From Patescibacteria group bacterium (lineage in GTDB: Bacteria; Patescibacteriota; Patescibacteriia; Magasanikbacterales; GWA2-37-8), in assembly GCA_004321885.1 (NCBI GenBank), contig SCQK01000014.1, positions 32,001 to 96,000 of the forward strand: a stretch of DNA of 64,000 bases, in the 5' to 3' direction. The notes below the pieces were generated by a model. The model saw only the letters and a program-made list of their open reading frames with translations. It made no database searches and was not told the DNA's origin. The translations under genes and the position numbers were made by a program. Below are positions 61,973 through 64,000 of this stretch, one piece after another. Numbering within the stretch: the first letter of the stretch is position 1; every line of letters begins with the position of its first letter.

Positions 61973-63802
61973 TTACTCCCACTCAATAGTTCCGGGTGGT
62001 TTGTTGGTGAGGTCGTAGAAGATGAAGTCCACGGCGTTTAGAGCGTGGATTTTTTTGATGATTTTTTTCAGAGTGGGCGAGGGTATGACGCCAAACGAGA
62101 CGGTCATCGCTTCTTCTGATTCCACGGGTCGCAGGACAATTGATTCGCCGTGCTTGTGCCCAAACGGCACGAGCACCGTGGGCATTTGCCAGATTTTTTG
62201 GCATTGCTTGTCGGTCAAAATGGCGCTGTCGGCGATGTCATCTATTTTTCGCAAAAGGTCCAGCCGTTTTTTGGTAAGATACGCTTTTTTCAGCGTGGCT
62301 TTTGGCAATGATTTTTTGTCGCCGGAAACAAGCAGTAGAACGCGGTTGATGTCTTTGTGGGCGTTGGTGATTTTAGGAGAAAGGGATTGATAATACCCCC
62401 ACCCGGCCTCCCCCTTATAAAGGGGGAGGGGACCTGTGATAACGGCGGGGTGGGCGTAGGAGCGCTCGTCGCCTTGCACGCCCACGGATTTGATGGGGAG
62501 ACGCCAAATTGTTGGCTCCACAGCCCCGACTAAGTCGGGGACTATGGAGCCAGCGTCGTTTGATCCTTCCGAGCACAGACAGCGAATGGCCAGGCCCGGG
62601 CCCGGAAAGGGATGGCGGTTTATCAATTTTTGCGGCAGACCGAGCTTAAGGCCGATGGCGCGCACTTCGTCTTTGTACAAATCCTTAATCGGCTCTATGA
62701 TTTTTCCTTCGGCGATCATTTGTTTTATCCGCGGTACGCGATTGTGATGCGTTTTTATGACGTCGGCGTTTTTGGTGCCGCCCGATTCAATAGTGTCGGG
62801 ATAAATGGTGCCTTGGCCGACCAACCATTTGTCTCCGGTCAATTTTTTTCTACCAGACCCGCCTTTGGCGGGTTCGGCCATTACTTTGTCCACAATATCC
62901 AAAAACAAATCGCCGATGATTTTTCTTTTTTGTTCCGGATCAGACACGCCTTTGAGCGCGGATAAAAATTCTTTTTCGGCGTTATACACCCGCAAGTTGT
63001 CTCCCAGTCGCTTCAGAGCCGCTATGATTTTTTTTGTCTCATCCAACCGCATCAGGCCGCTGTCAATGTGCAAGCCGAAAACCCTTTTTTCGCCAAGCAC
63101 TTTTCGCAATAGGGCGAAACAAACCGTGGAATCAACGCCGCCGGAGACGAGCAAGAAAACATTTTTACCGCCCGCTTCCTTTTTTATATTTTTTTCAATT
63201 TGATCCAGCATTGTCTCTGTCGTCCAGTTTTTTTCCGCCCCGCAAATATTTAAAATAAAATTGGCCAGAATTTTTTTTCCTTCTTTCGTGTGATTTACTT
63301 CCGGATGAAACTGAAAGCCGAAGAACTTTTTTGATAAATTTTGCATGGCCGCCACCGAACGGTTGCCGGTTGAAGCGATTGGCGTAAAACCGAACGGCAG
63401 TTTGTCCACGTGATCGCCGTGGCTCATCCAGACAACGGTATTTTTACTTACGCCCGAAAAAATCGGCGAGGCGCTGACGGATAATTTCGCCAAACCGTAT
63501 TCACGCGCCTTGCCCGATTCAACGCGCCCGCCAAAAAAATCTGCCATCAACTGATGCCCGTAGCACAGACCCAAAATCGGCGCGCTGAGCGTAAAAATTT
63601 TTTTATCAAAAGGCAAACGCGCGTCGCGCACCAGCGAACGCGGACCGCCGGAAAGGATGATTCCACACGCGTTTTTCAATCGTTCGGCTTTGACGTTATT
63701 CGGGTAAATACGTGAAATAACGCCCAGTTCGCGCACGCGACGGGCGATGAGATGGGTGTACTGGGAACCGAAATCAAGGATGGCGATTTCACTTTTTGGC
63801 AT
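61973..63802 (-). CDS. guaA: GMP synthase (glutamine-hydrolysing), with in-frame palindromic inserts
   Basis: GATase [22 protein letters not shown]...GLCYGHQLM...HGDHV. ATP-PPase [14 protein letters not shown]-terminal dimerisation domain. ATG 63802. Confidence 0.85.
   Translation of the reverse strand: MPKSEIAILDFGSQYTHLIARRVRELGVISRIYPNNVKAERLKNACGIILSGGPRSLVRDARLPFDKKIFTLSAPILGLCYGHQLMADFFGGRVESGKAREYGLAKLSVSASPIFSGVSKNTVVWMSHGDHVDKLPFGFTPIASTGNRSVAAMQNLSKKFFGFQFHPEVNHTKEGKKILANFILNICGAEKNWTTETMLDQIEKNIKKEAGGKNVFLLVSGGVDSTVCFALLRKVLGEKRVFGLHIDSGLMRLDETKKIIAALKRLGDNLRVYNAEKEFLSALKGVSDPEQKRKIIGDLFLDIVDKVMAEPAKGGSGRKKLTGDKWLVGQGTIYPDTIESGGTKNADVIKTHHNRVPRIKQMIAEGKIIEPIKDLYKDEVRAIGLKLGLPQKLINRHPFPGPGLAIRCLCSEGSNDAGSIVPDLVGAVEPTIWRLPIKSVGVQGDERSYAHPAVITGPLPLYKGEAGWGYYQSLSPKITNAHKDINRVLLLVSGDKKSLPKATLKKAYLTKKRLDLLRKIDDIADSAILTDKQCQKIWQMPTVLVPFGHKHGESIVLRPVESEEAMTVSFGVIPSPTLKKIIKKIHALNAVDFIFYDLTNKPPGTIEWE
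62407..62429. repeat. In-frame palindrome CCTCCCCC-TTATAAA-GGGGGAGG in guaA
   Basis: Encodes (minus strand) [11 protein letters not shown]. Confidence 0.55.
62514..62551. mobile_element. Second copy of the 38-nt palindromic element (encodes [13 protein letters not shown] in guaA)
   Basis: Reverse complement is identical (38/38) to 37619-37656. The flanking CGCTGG is also shared. Confidence 0.7.
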
Positions 63803-63857
63803 ACTTGCAATAAAATCGGCTATACTATACCATACAACCAATTTACAGCCAATATTT

Positions 63858-64000
63858 ATGCGTGAAACACTTACATTTGATGATGTTTTGCTGGTGCCGC
63901 AGAAGTCCGACGTTCTGCCCAAAGACGCCCATCTGACCAGTTTTTTAACACACGAAATCAAATTGAATTTGCCGTTTTTGAGCGCGCCCATGGACACGGT
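63858..64000 (+). CDS. guaB: IMP dehydrogenase, 5' end (partial, runs off window)
   Basis: [48 protein letters not shown] matches the GuaB N-terminus. Divergent from guaA. Confidence 0.75.
   Translation, partial: MRETLTFDDVLLVPQKSDVLPKDAHLTSFLTHEIKLNLPFLSAPMDT

Noticed and set aside
1-64000. CRISPR array
   Set aside because: The many short palindromes are not arranged as regularly spaced identical repeats with unique spacers. They are dispersed, mostly inside ORFs, and differ in sequence. No cas genes present.

Overview
This 64 kb window looks like a small-genome, peptidoglycan-containing bacterium, and by inference it is Candidate-Phyla-Radiation/Patescibacteria-like. Evidence: short intergenic spacers, a lamin-tail-domain giant surface protein, PilT, divergent housekeeping proteins, about 50% GC with AT-rich islets and one GC-rich gene. 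Most genes are on the + strand and are housekeeping: valS-tyrS-argS, a sensor kinase, bactofilin, ndk, gpsA, a cell-wall block (PBP/ftsI-like, murF, SEDS/ftsW, murG, murE, ftsB-like, ftsE/ftsX), a cell-envelope glycan cluster (gmd, rfbB, rfbD-like, PGI/PMI, four GT2 glycosyltransferases, a long-form sugar-1-P nucleotidyltransferase), pilT, cca, a MacAB-like efflux set (HlyD adaptor, ABC ATPase, two FtsX-type permeases), dnaG-rpoD, a radical-SAM methylthiotransferase, guaA, and the guaB 5' end. RNA genes: tRNA-Leu(GAG), tRNA-Pro(CGG), tRNA-Lys(UUU), tRNA-Thr(CGU), tRNA-Gln(UUG), and an unusual split tRNA-Gly(CCC) locus with a second intact tRNA-Gly(CCC) nested inside it. Accessory content: an RHH/MazF-type toxin-antitoxin pair with promoter/operator repeats; a GC-rich, terminator-flanked oxidoreductase gene; an AT-rich pair of nuclease-like genes at the window start; a GIY-YIG gene between tRNA-Pro and a partial tRNA-Pro copy; a tRNA-Lys 3'-end duplication; and GNAT and DinD/Bro-N-like genes next to tRNA-Gln. 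The main hunt result is several families of short GC-rich palindromic elements inserted IN FRAME into conserved genes (argS, valS, cca, dnaG, guaA, the MtaB-like gene, the giant surface protein). They include a 38-nt element that is 100% identical in two unrelated genes and encodes the same peptide ([13 protein letters not shown]) in both, which is Rickettsia-palindromic-element-like behaviour. No CRISPR array was found. All calls are from reading the sequence and ORF translations; no database searches were run.
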